Of a stretch of DNA of 64,000 nucleotides, positions 26,034-36,800 are shown piece after piece; position 1 is the stretch's first letter, and every line of letters starts with the position of its first letter. Source of the stretch: Gemmatimonadota bacterium (GTDB lineage Bacteria > Gemmatimonadota > Gemmatimonadetes > Longimicrobiales > RSA9); the NCBI GenBank assembly GCA_040882575.1, contig JBBEBA010000053.1, forward strand, positions 25,534 through 89,533, given 5' to 3'. The translations under genes were made by a program, and so were the position numbers. The notes under the pieces are model-generated. The model was not told the DNA's origin, made no database searches, and saw only the letters and a list, made by a program, of their open reading frames with translations.

Positions 26034-26089
26034 TTTCACGCTTCACGCTTCACGCTTCACGCTTCACGCTTCACGCTTCACGTTTCACG
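26034..26089. repeat. Heptamer tandem array (YTTCACG x8)
   Basis: Read directly: tttcacg, cttcacg x6, tttcacg, then ctgtt. It lies between the convergent permease stop (26026) and OMP stop (26101). Confidence 0.95.
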
Positions 26090-26100
26090 CTGTTGCCTTT

Positions 26101-26703
26101 TCAGAGGGCCAGCCGGCCGAGGAGCTTCAGCACCGAATGGTTCTGCCTGCCACCGCCGAGGTCCTCCTTCTCGTGGTAGCCCCAGATGCGGTTCCATTCC
26201 AGCGCGATGCCCTTGCCGACGGCGAACTGGTACTCGATGCCGGTGCCGGCGCGCAGCGCGAAATCGGGGTTCCAGCCGTCGAGCGAGTCGAGCTTGTATG
26301 CGATCGTGCCTGCGCCGCCCGTGAGGTAGATGCCGACCGTGCCGCCGCCGCCGTAGGCGAAGCGGCCGGTCAGCATGCCGGTCGCGATCGCGGCGTCGCC
26401 GCTCTCGAACACCACGTCGGTATCGAGGTAGGAGCGCTCCTGTCGCGTTGTCGCGTAGGTCCCCTCCACGCCGATCAGCAGGCCCTGTCCGAACTCGCGC
26501 TGCACGCCGGCACCGAAGCCGAAGCCTGTGTCGTCGAAGGTCCAGCGTGAATCGCTGTCGGGGTCGACGATCGACGAGATCGTCGTGTACATGACCGGGC
26601 CCGCGGAAATCGACGTGCGCGAAGGCGCATCCCGGACCTGACCGGATGCGGCGGGCGCAGTGGCGAGGAGGAGTGCGGCTGCGGCGATGATGCTCTTTGT
26701 CAT
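26101..26703 (-). CDS. Small outer-membrane beta-barrel protein
   Basis: 200 aa. The signal peptide is MTKSIIAAAALLLATAPAASGQ, followed by alternating Gly/aromatic strand pattern (FGFGAGVQREF, GVEGTYA, YLTGGAGTIAYKL, GTGIEYQF). Confidence 0.7.
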   Translation of the reverse strand: MTKSIIAAAALLLATAPAASGQVRDAPSRTSISAGPVMYTTISSIVDPDSDSRWTFDDTGFGFGAGVQREFGQGLLIGVEGTYATTRQERSYLDTDVVFESGDAAIATGMLTGRFAYGGGGTVGIYLTGGAGTIAYKLDSLDGWNPDFALRAGTGIEYQFAVGKGIALEWNRIWGYHEKEDLGGGRQNHSVLKLLGRLAL

Positions 26704-26709
26704 GATGCC

Positions 26710-27900
26710 TCAGGTCTCGTGTCGTTGCAGCGCGGCCGGTGCGGCCAGTGCGCACGCGGCCAGTGCGGCCGCGCCCGCGGGCAGCGTACGCTCATCGATA
26801 TCGAAAGCAGGGTGATGATGTTCCCGCGCTGGCTGCAGCGCCGCGCCGAGCCACATGAAGCAGCCGGGCGCTTCGCGCGCCAGCAGGGCGAAGTCCTCGG
26901 CATACATCATCGGCTCGAACGGAACGACGGCGTCGGCACCGAGCGCGACGCCGACCGCATCCGCCGCGAGGCGCGACATGGCCAGGTCGTTGACGACGGG
27001 CGGGTAACCCTCGTGCAGATCGATGTCGAACCGGCCGCCGAGCGTCTCCGCTACGCCGAAGCCGCGCTGCAGTGCGTCGCGCAGTGCCTGCCGTGCAGTT
27101 TCGCGGAAGTAGCGGATGGTGCCGCGCACGGCCACGCTCTCGGCCAGCACGTTCTCCGCGAAGCCGCCGTGGATCGTGCCGATCGACAGCACACCGGCAT
27201 CGTCGGGTGCGACGCGACGGGCGACGCCCAGCTGACAGGCGAGGATGGCGTGCGCGGCGAGGACAATGGCGTCCACGCCCTCCTGGGGCCGGCCGGCGTG
27301 CGCGCTCCGGCCGCGGACCGTCGCCGTGAACAGGTCCGAGCCGGCCATGATCGGACCGGCGGAGACGTACACACGGCCGGCCGGAAGATGAGCCCCGATA
27401 TGCGTGCCGAACACCGCCGCGACGCCCTCCATGGCGCCGTCCTCGATCATGCGCGTGGCGCCACTCTTGCCCTCTTCGTCGGATGCCTCTTCCGACGGCT
27501 GGAAGAGGAGCCGCACGGTGCCGGTCAGGCGGCCGGCCGCGCGCGCTTCAGCGAGCAGGCGCGCGGCGCCGATCAGCATGGCGACGTGAGCGTCGTGGCC
27601 GCACGCGTGCATGACGCCGTCGACCGTCGAGCGGTAGGCGACGTCGCTCGACTCCTGGATCGGGAGCGCGTCCATGTCCGCACGCAGTGCAACGACCGGC
27701 AGCCCCTCGCCGATCTCGGCGACGACGCCCGTGCGACCGACGTCGCGGCGGACGCGGAAGCCGAGCGCTGCGACCGCATCGGCAGCGATACGGGCGGTGC
27801 GCTGTTCCCGGAACGCGAGCTCCGGATGGCGATGCAGATCCTGACGGATTGCGACGAGGTCACGCTCGAAGCCGACGGCCTGTCGAAGAAGGCTGGTCAT
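26710..27900 (-). CDS. M20-family amidohydrolase (hippurate hydrolase/aminoacylase-like)
   Basis: Starts at the ATG at 27900 within ORF 26710..28488. Motifs are IRQDLHRHPELAFRE, LRADMDALP, MHACGHDAH and RLLFQPSEE. Confidence 0.85.
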   Translation of the reverse strand: MTSLLRQAVGFERDLVAIRQDLHRHPELAFREQRTARIAADAVAALGFRVRRDVGRTGVVAEIGEGLPVVALRADMDALPIQESSDVAYRSTVDGVMHACGHDAHVAMLIGAARLLAEARAAGRLTGTVRLLFQPSEEASDEEGKSGATRMIEDGAMEGVAAVFGTHIGAHLPAGRVYVSAGPIMAGSDLFTATVRGRSAHAGRPQEGVDAIVLAAHAILACQLGVARRVAPDDAGVLSIGTIHGGFAENVLAESVAVRGTIRYFRETARQALRDALQRGFGVAETLGGRFDIDLHEGYPPVVNDLAMSRLAADAVGVALGADAVVPFEPMMYAEDFALLAREAPGCFMWLGAALQPAREHHHPAFDIDERTLPAGAAALAACALAAPAALQRHET

Positions 27901-27945
27901 GGCGTTCCGTTCGGGGTAACTTAGGCCGCCCAATCTACTACAAGC

Positions 27946-28866
27946 ATGGAAAATAGACGATCCCTGGATAGTCGCCTCACGGAGCAGCGCAATCCGCGCA
28001 GCATGCGCATCGACCAGCTCTCGACGCTCGAGATAGTCGATGTCATCAATGCTGAGGACCGGATGGTCGCCGAGGCCGTGCAGGAGGAGCGCGAGGAGAT
28101 TGCCCGCGCGATCGACATCGTGGTGGACTGCTTCCGCCGCGGCGGCCGCCTGTTCTACGTCGGCGCCGGCACATCCGGCCGGCTTGGCGTGCTCGACGCG
28201 TCCGAGATGCCGCCGACGTACGGTACGGACCCGTCGATGGTGCAGGGCGTCATCGCCGGCGGCTATGAAGCGCTCGTCCGCGCCAGGGAAGGCGCCGAGG
28301 ATGTAGCGGCGGACGGCGCACGCGACATCGACGGGCGCGGCATCACCGCCGACGACTTCGTGCTGGGCATCGCCACATCCGGTACGACGCCATACGTCCA
28401 CGGCGCGCTCGCACGGGCGCGCGAGTGCGGCGCGCGCACCGGTTTCCTCCTCTGCACATACCCCTCGCCCGAGCTGCTCGATGCGCACGATGTCGTCATT
28501 GCGCCGCTCGTCGGGCCCGAGGTCATCACCGGCTCCACCCGCATGAAGGCGGGCACCGCGACGAAGATGGTGCTGAACACGATCACGACGTCCTCGATGG
28601 TCAGGCTAGGCAAGGTCTACGGCAACCTGATGGTGGATTTGCAGGTCACGTGCGAGAAGCTGCGCGACCGCGGCGAGCGCATCCTCGTCGAGACGCTCCA
28701 GCTCGAGCGGAAGGACGCGGCTTCGCTGCTGGAGCGCGCGGGCGGCCATGTGAAGACTGCAATCGTGATGGGCAGTCTCGGGCTCGACGCGGATGCGGCG
28801 CGCGAACGGCTGCACGCCGAAGGCGGCCTGATCGGCAGGCTCGTGCCCGACCTCGGGGCGACGTAG
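27946..28866 (+). CDS. murQ: N-acetylmuramic acid 6-phosphate etherase
   Basis: 306 aa: TEQRNPRSMRIDQLSTLEIV..., SIS domain GAGTSGRLGVLDASE, GSTRMKAGTATKMVLN. Confidence 0.9.
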   Translation: MENRRSLDSRLTEQRNPRSMRIDQLSTLEIVDVINAEDRMVAEAVQEEREEIARAIDIVVDCFRRGGRLFYVGAGTSGRLGVLDASEMPPTYGTDPSMVQGVIAGGYEALVRAREGAEDVAADGARDIDGRGITADDFVLGIATSGTTPYVHGALARARECGARTGFLLCTYPSPELLDAHDVVIAPLVGPEVITGSTRMKAGTATKMVLNTITTSSMVRLGKVYGNLMVDLQVTCEKLRDRGERILVETLQLERKDAASLLERAGGHVKTAIVMGSLGLDADAARERLHAEGGLIGRLVPDLGAT

Positions 28867-30017
28867 TGCTCGTCGTGGGTCTGATGTCGGGGACTTCGCT
28901 GGACGGCATCGACGCGGCTGTCGTCGAGTTCACAGGCGCGCCGCTCAGCCCCGCCTGGCGTTTGCTCGCGTTCGTCGATCTGCCGTACACTGCCGAGCAG
29001 CGGCGCATGATCCACGACGGCATCCTGGAGGGCACTGCCGCGTCCCTGTGCAGGCTGAACGTGGATCTCGGCGAGTGGTTCGCCGATGCGGCGCTGCGCG
29101 CGTGTCGGGAAGCGGGCGTGGACAGCGCGGACGTTGCCGTCATTGGCTCGCATGGTCAGACGGTATGGCACGAGCCGCCGCGGGACGGGCGCCGCGGCGC
29201 CACACTTCAGATCGGCTGCGCTGCGACGATCGCGGAGCGCACCGGCATTGCTGTCGTGAGCGATTTCCGCGCGCGCGACGTAGCGGCCGGCGGGCACGGC
29301 GCACCGCTCGTGCCGTGGGTGGATCGGCTGCTGTTTTCGCACCCCGCGAAGCGGCGCGTGCTCCAGAACGTCGGCGGCATGGCGAACCTCTCGTGGCTGC
29401 CGCCCCAGGGGTCGGACGAGCCGGTGCTCGCGTTCGACACCGGGCCGGGCAACGCGCTCATCGACGCGGCCGTGGAGCTCGCGACCGGCGGAGACAGCAC
29501 GTACGACCGCGACGGCGCGTGGGCCGCTGCGGGCGAAGTGAACGAGGTGCTGCTGAACGAGCTGCTTGCGCACCCCTTTCTGAACCAGCCGCCGCCCAGG
29601 TCCACGGGTCGGGAATTGTTCGGTCGTCCGTTCGTACAGGATATCGCCGATCGCGTGCGACCGGGAGACAGGTCGGCCTGGGCATCGTTCATCAGCACCA
29701 TGACATCGTTCACCGCTCGCTCGATTGCTGACGCGATCACACGCTGGGCCGTGCCGCTCGGGGTGGACGAGATCATCATCACTGGCGGCGGGGCGCTCAA
29801 CCCGACGCTGGTCGAGCGCATACGCGAGCGCCTCGCACCGATTCCCGTCGCGGCGGGCAGCGGTGTGCTCGGCATCGACCCTGCCGCCAAGGAGGCGCTC
29901 GCCTTCGCCGCGCTCGCACGCGCACACCTGTCCGGCGTGCCCGGCAACGTACCGGAAGCGACGGGCGCTGCCGGGCCCCGCGTGCTCGGCTGCCTCACGC
30001 CCGGCCGCGAGCGCTGA
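28866..30017 (+). CDS. anmK: Anhydro-N-acetylmuramic acid kinase
   Basis: The GTG at 28866 overlaps the murQ stop. Motifs are GLMSGTSLDGIDAA, IGSHGQTVWH, DFRARDVAAGGHGAPL and NVGGMANL. Confidence 0.9.
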   Translation: MLVVGLMSGTSLDGIDAAVVEFTGAPLSPAWRLLAFVDLPYTAEQRRMIHDGILEGTAASLCRLNVDLGEWFADAALRACREAGVDSADVAVIGSHGQTVWHEPPRDGRRGATLQIGCAATIAERTGIAVVSDFRARDVAAGGHGAPLVPWVDRLLFSHPAKRRVLQNVGGMANLSWLPPQGSDEPVLAFDTGPGNALIDAAVELATGGDSTYDRDGAWAAAGEVNEVLLNELLAHPFLNQPPPRSTGRELFGRPFVQDIADRVRPGDRSAWASFISTMTSFTARSIADAITRWAVPLGVDEIIITGGGALNPTLVERIRERLAPIPVAAGSGVLGIDPAAKEALAFAALARAHLSGVPGNVPEATGAAGPRVLGCLTPGRER

Positions 30018-30020
30018 GCG

Positions 30021-31787
30021 ATGGCGCGCAGAGGCCGGACTCGCGCCGCTGCCGGCCGCGGCAGCCCGGCCGTCCGACCCGCGCCGGCAGGCGGCGCCAC
30101 ACCGGACGCGTCGCACCCGCACGCACTGGAGCGCGCGCGCCGCCCGCTCAAGGACCTGACGGTCCGCCATCCAGTGATTGTCGCACTGGCGCTCGCAGCG
30201 CTGCACGTGGTGCTCGCACTGCTGACGTTCGAGCCGCAGCCGCATACCGGCGGTGACAATGCGGCGTACATCTCGCTCGCCAGGTCGCTGCTGGAGCGCG
30301 GCGCGTACGTGGAGCTGTGGGATCCCGCGCAGCGGCCGCACACCAAATACCCGCCCGTGTTTCCTGGCATCCTCGCGATCGCGCTGGCGGCGGGGCTGAA
30401 GCCGTTCGTGCAGCTGAAGCTCGTCGTCCTCGCGTTCTCGGCGACGGCGGTCGCGTTCAGCTTCCTCTGGATCCGTGCGCGCGCGCGGCCGATGCTCGCA
30501 CTCGGCATCGGCCTGCTGCTCGCCGTGGCGCCCGGCGTCCTCCGCGAGGGGCGCTGGATCCTTTCCGACGTGCCGTTCTGGTGCTTCACCATGATCGCGC
30601 TCTGGGCATTCCAGAACACGCGACCTGATGAATGGAAGCATTTCGCGATCGCAGCAGTCGCCGTGCTGCTCGCGTACTTCACCCGCTCGGCCGGACTGCC
30701 TCTCGCGCTCGCCGGCCTGGGCTGGCTGGCGTGGCGGAGACACTGGCGGCAGTTCGCCGTGCTCGCCGTGCTGATCCTCGTTCCTGCAGCGCTGTGGTGG
30801 CTGCGCGGGCGCGCGTTCGGGCCGGCGGGTTACGTCTCCGAGTTCTGGCTGATCGATCCATACCGGCCGGACGCGGGCACCATCGGCATCGGCGACCTGT
30901 TCGCGCGCGTCTTCGAGAACCAGCGCAAGTACGTCGCGCTACACCTGCCCATCCTGATCGGCGGTATGCAGTCCGCCTGGCTGCATCTGCTCGGCATCCT
31001 CGCGTTCGGGCTCGCGTTCTTCGGCTGGGCACTGCGCGTCTGGCGGCGACGCGGCACCGCCTCCGATGGCATGGAACGCATCGGCGTGGCCGAGCTGTTC
31101 ATGCCGCTGTACCTCGGGCTGATCTTCGTCTGGCCGGCGGTATGGTCCGGCGAGCGTTTCCTGCTGCCCGTCCTGCCGTTGCTGCTGTTCTATGCGGGCG
31201 ACCTGATGAGCCGCCTCTTCAGGCGGTTCGCGACGCGCCACGCGTTTGTCGCCGGGGCTGCAACAGTGCTCCTGATCCTGATGCTCGCGACGCCGGGGCT
31301 CGCGCGCGGTCTCGAGGTCGGCCGCGCGTGCACTGCGCTCTACCGGGCCGGCGATCGCTACCCGTGCCTCGGCGGCGCGCACTGGGACGACTTCTTCGCG
31401 CTCGCGGAATGGACGCGCACGGCACTCCCGCCCGATGCCGTCGTGCTGTCGCGCAAGCCGCGCCTCTATTACGTGCTCAGCGGGCGGCGCGGCGTCATCT
31501 ACCCCTCGTCGAGCGATCCTGGCCGGTTCTTCGAAACCGTGCGCCAGACTGGCGCCCGCTACGTCGTCTACGACGCCTTGGGCGGGCTCTCCGAGACGTA
31601 CCTGCGGCCGGTGGTCGCCGGGCGGCCCGAGTCGTTCTGCCTCATTCGCGTGGTCGAACCCTCCGGCACTGCGCTGCTCGGCATCCTGCCGGACGGATCT
31701 ACTCGGGCGCAGGCATCCGATGGCGCCACGTTCAGCGTCTGCGATGACAGCTTCGTCCCCGGTGCAGCGGCCGCCTCCGCGCCTTGA
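30021..31787 (+). CDS. Polytopic membrane glycosyltransferase, ArnT/PMT-like
   Basis: 588 aa with many TM helices after an Arg-rich N-terminus. GGDNAAYISLARSLLERG lies in the first loop. A soluble C-terminal domain follows. The start may be further downstream. Confidence 0.55.
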   Translation: MARRGRTRAAAGRGSPAVRPAPAGGATPDASHPHALERARRPLKDLTVRHPVIVALALAALHVVLALLTFEPQPHTGGDNAAYISLARSLLERGAYVELWDPAQRPHTKYPPVFPGILAIALAAGLKPFVQLKLVVLAFSATAVAFSFLWIRARARPMLALGIGLLLAVAPGVLREGRWILSDVPFWCFTMIALWAFQNTRPDEWKHFAIAAVAVLLAYFTRSAGLPLALAGLGWLAWRRHWRQFAVLAVLILVPAALWWLRGRAFGPAGYVSEFWLIDPYRPDAGTIGIGDLFARVFENQRKYVALHLPILIGGMQSAWLHLLGILAFGLAFFGWALRVWRRRGTASDGMERIGVAELFMPLYLGLIFVWPAVWSGERFLLPVLPLLLFYAGDLMSRLFRRFATRHAFVAGAATVLLILMLATPGLARGLEVGRACTALYRAGDRYPCLGGAHWDDFFALAEWTRTALPPDAVVLSRKPRLYYVLSGRRGVIYPSSSDPGRFFETVRQTGARYVVYDALGGLSETYLRPVVAGRPESFCLIRVVEPSGTALLGILPDGSTRAQASDGATFSVCDDSFVPGAAAASAP

Positions 31788-31858
31788 GCACACTGCGGCG
31801 GCACGGGCCTTGACGTCTCAACGCCGACGTTGCGCGACACCAGCCCCGGGGGCCTGAG

Positions 31859-33805
31859 ATGAAGTGGCGGTTTGTCCTGCTGATGCTGACCTGCGCCGGC
31901 TGCGCGTCCTATGGCCGGCAGCCGCAGCCCGTCGAGACTGTGCCTGTCCCCGACTCGCCGGAAGCACAGCGCATTGCGGAGCTGCCACCCATCCCGGCGG
32001 TGGACGGGCCGCTGGCACTCGATGTCGGCTACCCACCAGAGGGTGGTACCATCGCCGTGCGCGATTCCAACTTCATCTTCGGCTCCACCGGGTCCGGCCG
32101 CACGCAGCTCGCTATCAACGGCCAGCCGGTCCAGGTCGCACCCAATGGCGGATTCCTCGCCTTCATTCCGGTCCCGCCCAACGGCGTATACCTCCTGCAG
32201 GCCACGCTGGACGGCCTTGCGGCGACGCTCGAGCGCCGGGTCAATGTCCCCGCACCACCTCGCACGGCGGACGTCGCGGACACGGGCCCGCGCATCGCCG
32301 CGGCATACCCGACCGGTGCGTGGTCCGTGCGCGAAGGCGAGGTGATCGAGGTCGGCTTCAGTGCAGCGGCGGGCGGCGCTGCGGCCGTTCTCCTGCCCGA
32401 CGGCCGGCGCGTGCCGCTCGTCGCGCAGGGCACCGTTGCCGAGGCGCGCAGCGGAGAGCAGTTCCGCACCGACGCGGCCGCGCCCATTGGTACGGCCTCG
32501 GTGATACGGTATTCCACCATCGTGCGCATGGACGTGCCGGTGCAGGCGAGTGACACGTCGGTCGCGCGGCCGACGATCGCAGACGTTCCGCTGGACGCCG
32601 GCGAAGCCACGTTCGAGTACGTCGCCGGCGCCGACACCGTGCGCACGCCGCTCGCACTCAACCTGGCGCTGCTGCCGCCCGACCTGCCTCGCGTCGCCGT
32701 CGTCGCGGCGCCCGCCGATGCGGCTTCCGACTGGACGGTGCGCGGACGCAACGACGTCGCTGGTCCGTTTCACTACTTCTGGCCGGCCGGTACGCGACTG
32801 GGCATCACGGGCGAACGCAACGGTATGTACCGCGCGAGCCTCGCAGGCGGCCGCACCGTGTGGGTGCCTGCAGGAGACACGCGGCTGCTGCCCGGCGGTG
32901 CGCCGCCCGCTGGCGGTGCCGTCGGGTCCGTACGGCTGTCGCCTGGCCCGCACTGGATCGACGTCCGCATACCGCTGCCGGAGCGCATGCCGTTCCAGGT
33001 AGTGACCGAAGAGCGTTCACTCCATATCGACGTGTTCGGTGCGACCTCGCGCGTCAACTTCTTCCAGTACGGCCGGCTCGACCCGTTCGTGACCTTTGCC
33101 GAGTGGAGCCAGCCCACGGACAGCGTGTTCCGCGTCAGCCTGGAGCTGGCCGAGCCGGTCTGGGGCTACGACACGTTCTTCGACGCATCCGGCGCGCTCG
33201 TGCTGCGCATCCGCCGGCCGCCTGCCGTTGATCCCGCTGCTCCGTTGCGCGGCCTCTTCGTCGCGGTGGATCCCGGCCACGGCGGCGAGGACCGCTCCAC
33301 GCGGGGGCCAACCGGACTGACGGAGGCGGACGCGAACCTGGCGATCTCGCTGCGACTCCGACAGCTGCTCGAAGAGGCGGGGGCGCGCGTGATGATGACG
33401 CGCGTGACGGACGCGACGATTCAGCTCGGGGACCGACCGCTCATGGCGACGGACTCCGGCGCCCATGTCCTGCTATCGATCCACAATAACGCGTTTCCGG
33501 ACGGCGTGAATCCGTGGGCGAACAGCGGCACCAGCGTGTATTACTTCCATCGTCAGTCCGCTCCGCTGGCACGTGCGCTGCAGCGGGAGCTGCTGCAGGA
33601 GCTCGGCCTGCGCGACATCGGACCCGGCCGCGCCGACCTCGCGCTCGCGCGCCCGACGTGGCTGCCCGCCGTGCTGACGGAGACCATGTTCATGATGATC
33701 CCTGAACAGGAAGCAGCGCTGCGCGACCCGGTCGTGCAGGACCGGATCGCGCGTGCTCACCTGCGCGCGCTCGAATCCTTCATGCGCGGCCGACTGCAGC
33801 AATGA
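31859..33805 (+). CDS. N-acetylmuramoyl-L-alanine amidase (Amidase_3 C-terminal domain), lipoprotein
   Basis: 648 aa with lipobox LLMLTCAGC. The C-terminus has VAVDPGHGGED...LLSIHNNAF...LTETMFMMIPEQE. Confidence 0.85.
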   Translation: MKWRFVLLMLTCAGCASYGRQPQPVETVPVPDSPEAQRIAELPPIPAVDGPLALDVGYPPEGGTIAVRDSNFIFGSTGSGRTQLAINGQPVQVAPNGGFLAFIPVPPNGVYLLQATLDGLAATLERRVNVPAPPRTADVADTGPRIAAAYPTGAWSVREGEVIEVGFSAAAGGAAAVLLPDGRRVPLVAQGTVAEARSGEQFRTDAAAPIGTASVIRYSTIVRMDVPVQASDTSVARPTIADVPLDAGEATFEYVAGADTVRTPLALNLALLPPDLPRVAVVAAPADAASDWTVRGRNDVAGPFHYFWPAGTRLGITGERNGMYRASLAGGRTVWVPAGDTRLLPGGAPPAGGAVGSVRLSPGPHWIDVRIPLPERMPFQVVTEERSLHIDVFGATSRVNFFQYGRLDPFVTFAEWSQPTDSVFRVSLELAEPVWGYDTFFDASGALVLRIRRPPAVDPAAPLRGLFVAVDPGHGGEDRSTRGPTGLTEADANLAISLRLRQLLEEAGARVMMTRVTDATIQLGDRPLMATDSGAHVLLSIHNNAFPDGVNPWANSGTSVYYFHRQSAPLARALQRELLQELGLRDIGPGRADLALARPTWLPAVLTETMFMMIPEQEAALRDPVVQDRIARAHLRALESFMRGRLQQ

Positions 33806-36800
33806 CCGCGCGCCGCGCGCTGCCGCTGCTGGCTTGCGCCGTGCTGCTCTGCGGTGCGCGCGGCGCGGCCCGCGCGCAGCTGCCGGCCGACGCAGACTGG
33901 CGCACGCTCGAAGCCGCGAACTTCCGCGTCACCTATGTCGCCGGCCTGGATGACCTCGCCCGTCATGCCCTCGCGAGCGCGCAGCGCGCGCACGCAGCAC
34001 TCGTCGTGCTCGTCGCGGAGGCGCCCACTGGCACGATCGACATCGTGCTGGCCGACAATGTGGATTTCACGAACGGCTATGCCTCGCCGTTCCCGTCCAA
34101 CCGCATCGTCATCTACGCGAAGCCGCCTTCCGATGTGCTGGAGCTGCAGTACATCCGGGACTGGGTGGAGCTCGTGGTGACTCACGAGCTCGCTCACATC
34201 TTCCACCTCGACGTCAGCGGCCCGTTCGGCCGCTTCGCGCGCGGCATCTTCGGTCGTGCACCACTGCCCTGGCCCGTCTTCACCGCGATCGGCTCGCCCT
34301 CCTGGAGCATCGAAGGGCTGGCCGTCGTGATGGAATCCACGATCGCCGGATACGGCCGCGCGCTCGGCAGCTACAACGAGATGATCGTCCGCACCGCGCT
34401 GCTCGAGGATGAGATCGACAGCATCGACGAGCTGTCCTCAGCGTCGCCGGTCTGGCCCGGCGCGGCGCGCGCCTATATCTACGGCTCGCTGTTTCTCGAC
34501 TACCTCGCCAGACGCTATGGACCCGACGTCGCCGCGCGCATTGTCGGCCGCACCGCGGTTTCGCTGATCCCCGCGCCACTCTGGTTCGGCAATGTCGGCC
34601 GATCCGCGTTCGGCCTCACGTTCCGCGACGCGTACGACGACTGGCGGGCAGAGCTCGCCGGACGGTATGACCGTCTGTCGCGCGAGCTCACTGCGCAGAG
34701 GTTGACGATTGCGCAGCCGCTCAAGCACCATGGCGGCGATGCGCTCTATCCGCGCTTCTCGCCCGATGGCCGCTTCATCGTCTATGCCGCGAACGATCGT
34801 CGCACAGCGCCGCGCACGCAGGTCATCGATGCGGCAACCGGCGTGCACGCGTGGTCGGAGCGTCGCAACGACGTCGCCGCCTCGGACTGGTTGCCGGACG
34901 GCCGCGTGCTCACTTCGACGATCGACTACATCGATCCGTTCCGCGTCTACGGCGATCTCTACATCGTGTCCGACGGCAGTGAACAGCGCGTCACACGCGC
35001 GGCCCGGCTGCACGACGTGGACGTGGCGCGATCGGGTCGCGCGGTCGCCGTCGAGACGCACGGCGGCACCAACCGCCTGGTCCTTCTCGAGCCATCGACC
35101 GGGGACCGCCGGCCCCTCACCGGTTTCGAGCCCGGCACACTCTGGTCTCTCCCGCGCTTCTCGCCGGACGGCGACCGCATTGCCGCAGGTCGTTGGCGTT
35201 CGGGCGGGCACTACGACACCGTGGTGCTCGACACGATCGGCGGCGCCCCCGCGGTGCTCGACGCCGGCGGCGGCATCAGCGCCGCGCCCGTCTGGTCACC
35301 CGACGGCCGGTGGCTGCTGTTCTGGTCGGACCGCACGGGCATTGCGAACCTCTTCGCCATCGATACCGCACGCACCACGCTGCGCCAGGTGACGAACGTC
35401 CTCACCGGCGCGTTCTTCCCGGATATCTCACCCGACGGCCGCTTCATCGCGTTCTCCACGTATCACCACAACGGATTCCGCATCGAGCGCATCCCGTTCG
35501 ACCCGACTCAATGGCGCGAGCCAATGCCGGACGCGCTGCTCACCATGCCAGACGATCGCGGAGTCTACGATCAGCCGGACACCGCGGCGCGTCTGACGGC
35601 GCGCGCGGTCACAGCCGCGGCCGGGACCGACACGCTGCCGCAGGCCGCCGGCGCCTACCGCCCGCTGCGGCATCTGCGACCCTACTACTGGCTGCCCCTC
35701 CTCAGCATCGACGATGCCGGCGACGACTACGCCGGGCTCACAACAGGCGGCCGCGATCTCGTCGGCCGACACGGGTGGTACGCATCCGCGCTGATCGCAC
35801 CTTCGTCCGGCCGCACGCAGGGCAGCATCGGCTACTCCTATCGCGGCCTGCCGCCGCTCGGTGCTGCCGGACTGCACCCATCGCTGTCGCTGTCCGCAGC
35901 TCGCGACTGGGATCCGCTCATTCGCCCGGCAGAGCCCGGCGGGCTCTACGTGGACGAGCGCGAAGACGCGGCTGCCGCAGCCGTCGACCTCACCATCGTG
36001 CGCTGGCGCACCCGCACCGGCCTCGTGCTGGCCGGCGAGCTCGTTCGCCGCTCGCGCTACCTCGGCAACACCGATTCGCTCATCCTGAACGACGCGGCCG
36101 ATGACCTCTTCGGCGCGCGCGCCATGGCATACTTCGCGAACACAGTGCTGCCGCCGCTCGCCGTCAGCCGCCAGAGCGGCGTCACCGCACAACTCGCCGG
36201 GAGGCAGCGATGGGATCGAGATCCGGCGGCCGATCTCCCGGCTTCGTACTCGGAGCTGATTACCCACAACACCGCGTACCTGGACCTGCCGCTTCCCGGC
36301 TTTGCGCGACACGTGCTCGCGACCCGCATCAGTGCGCTGCTCCGCCAGGGCGGCGGCGCTGATCCCGCCAGCATCGGCGGCGCCAGTGCTCCCGGTCTCG
36401 ACGCGGATGTCGATCTCGACTTCGTCACCTCCCTCGGCGGCGCCTCCCGGCTGCTCCCGGTTCGCGGCTTTGCCGAGGGCGTGCGGTTCGGCACCCGCGC
36501 TTGGTCCGCTTCCGCCGAGTACAGGTTTCCCATCGCGCTCGTCAGCCGCTCCTTCCGGCCCCTGCCCATCTTCCTCGATCGCGTCGCGGGAGACCTCTTC
36601 CTCGACGCCGGCGACGCCTGGTGCGACGCCGCCACCGCTTCCCGGTTCCCTGCCGGCTCCTGTCCGCGGCAGCCCGCTTCCGCTCCGCTCCTGTCCGCCG
36701 GCGCCGAGCTGACCACTTTCCTCGCCGCCTGGGGCGTCCCGCTCCCGCTCCGCTTCGGCGCCGCCGTGCCACTCCACGGCCGCCCCGCCGACCACCGCCG

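Noticed and set aside
33567-33582. A sigma-54 promoter-like sequence TGGCACG-TGCG-CTGCA ~220 nt upstream of the 33802 gene (an NtrC-type activator is encoded in the window)
   Set aside because: It is a single near-match inside the amidase coding region, with TTGC degraded to CTGC. In GC-rich DNA such matches can arise by chance. No upstream activator sites are evident.
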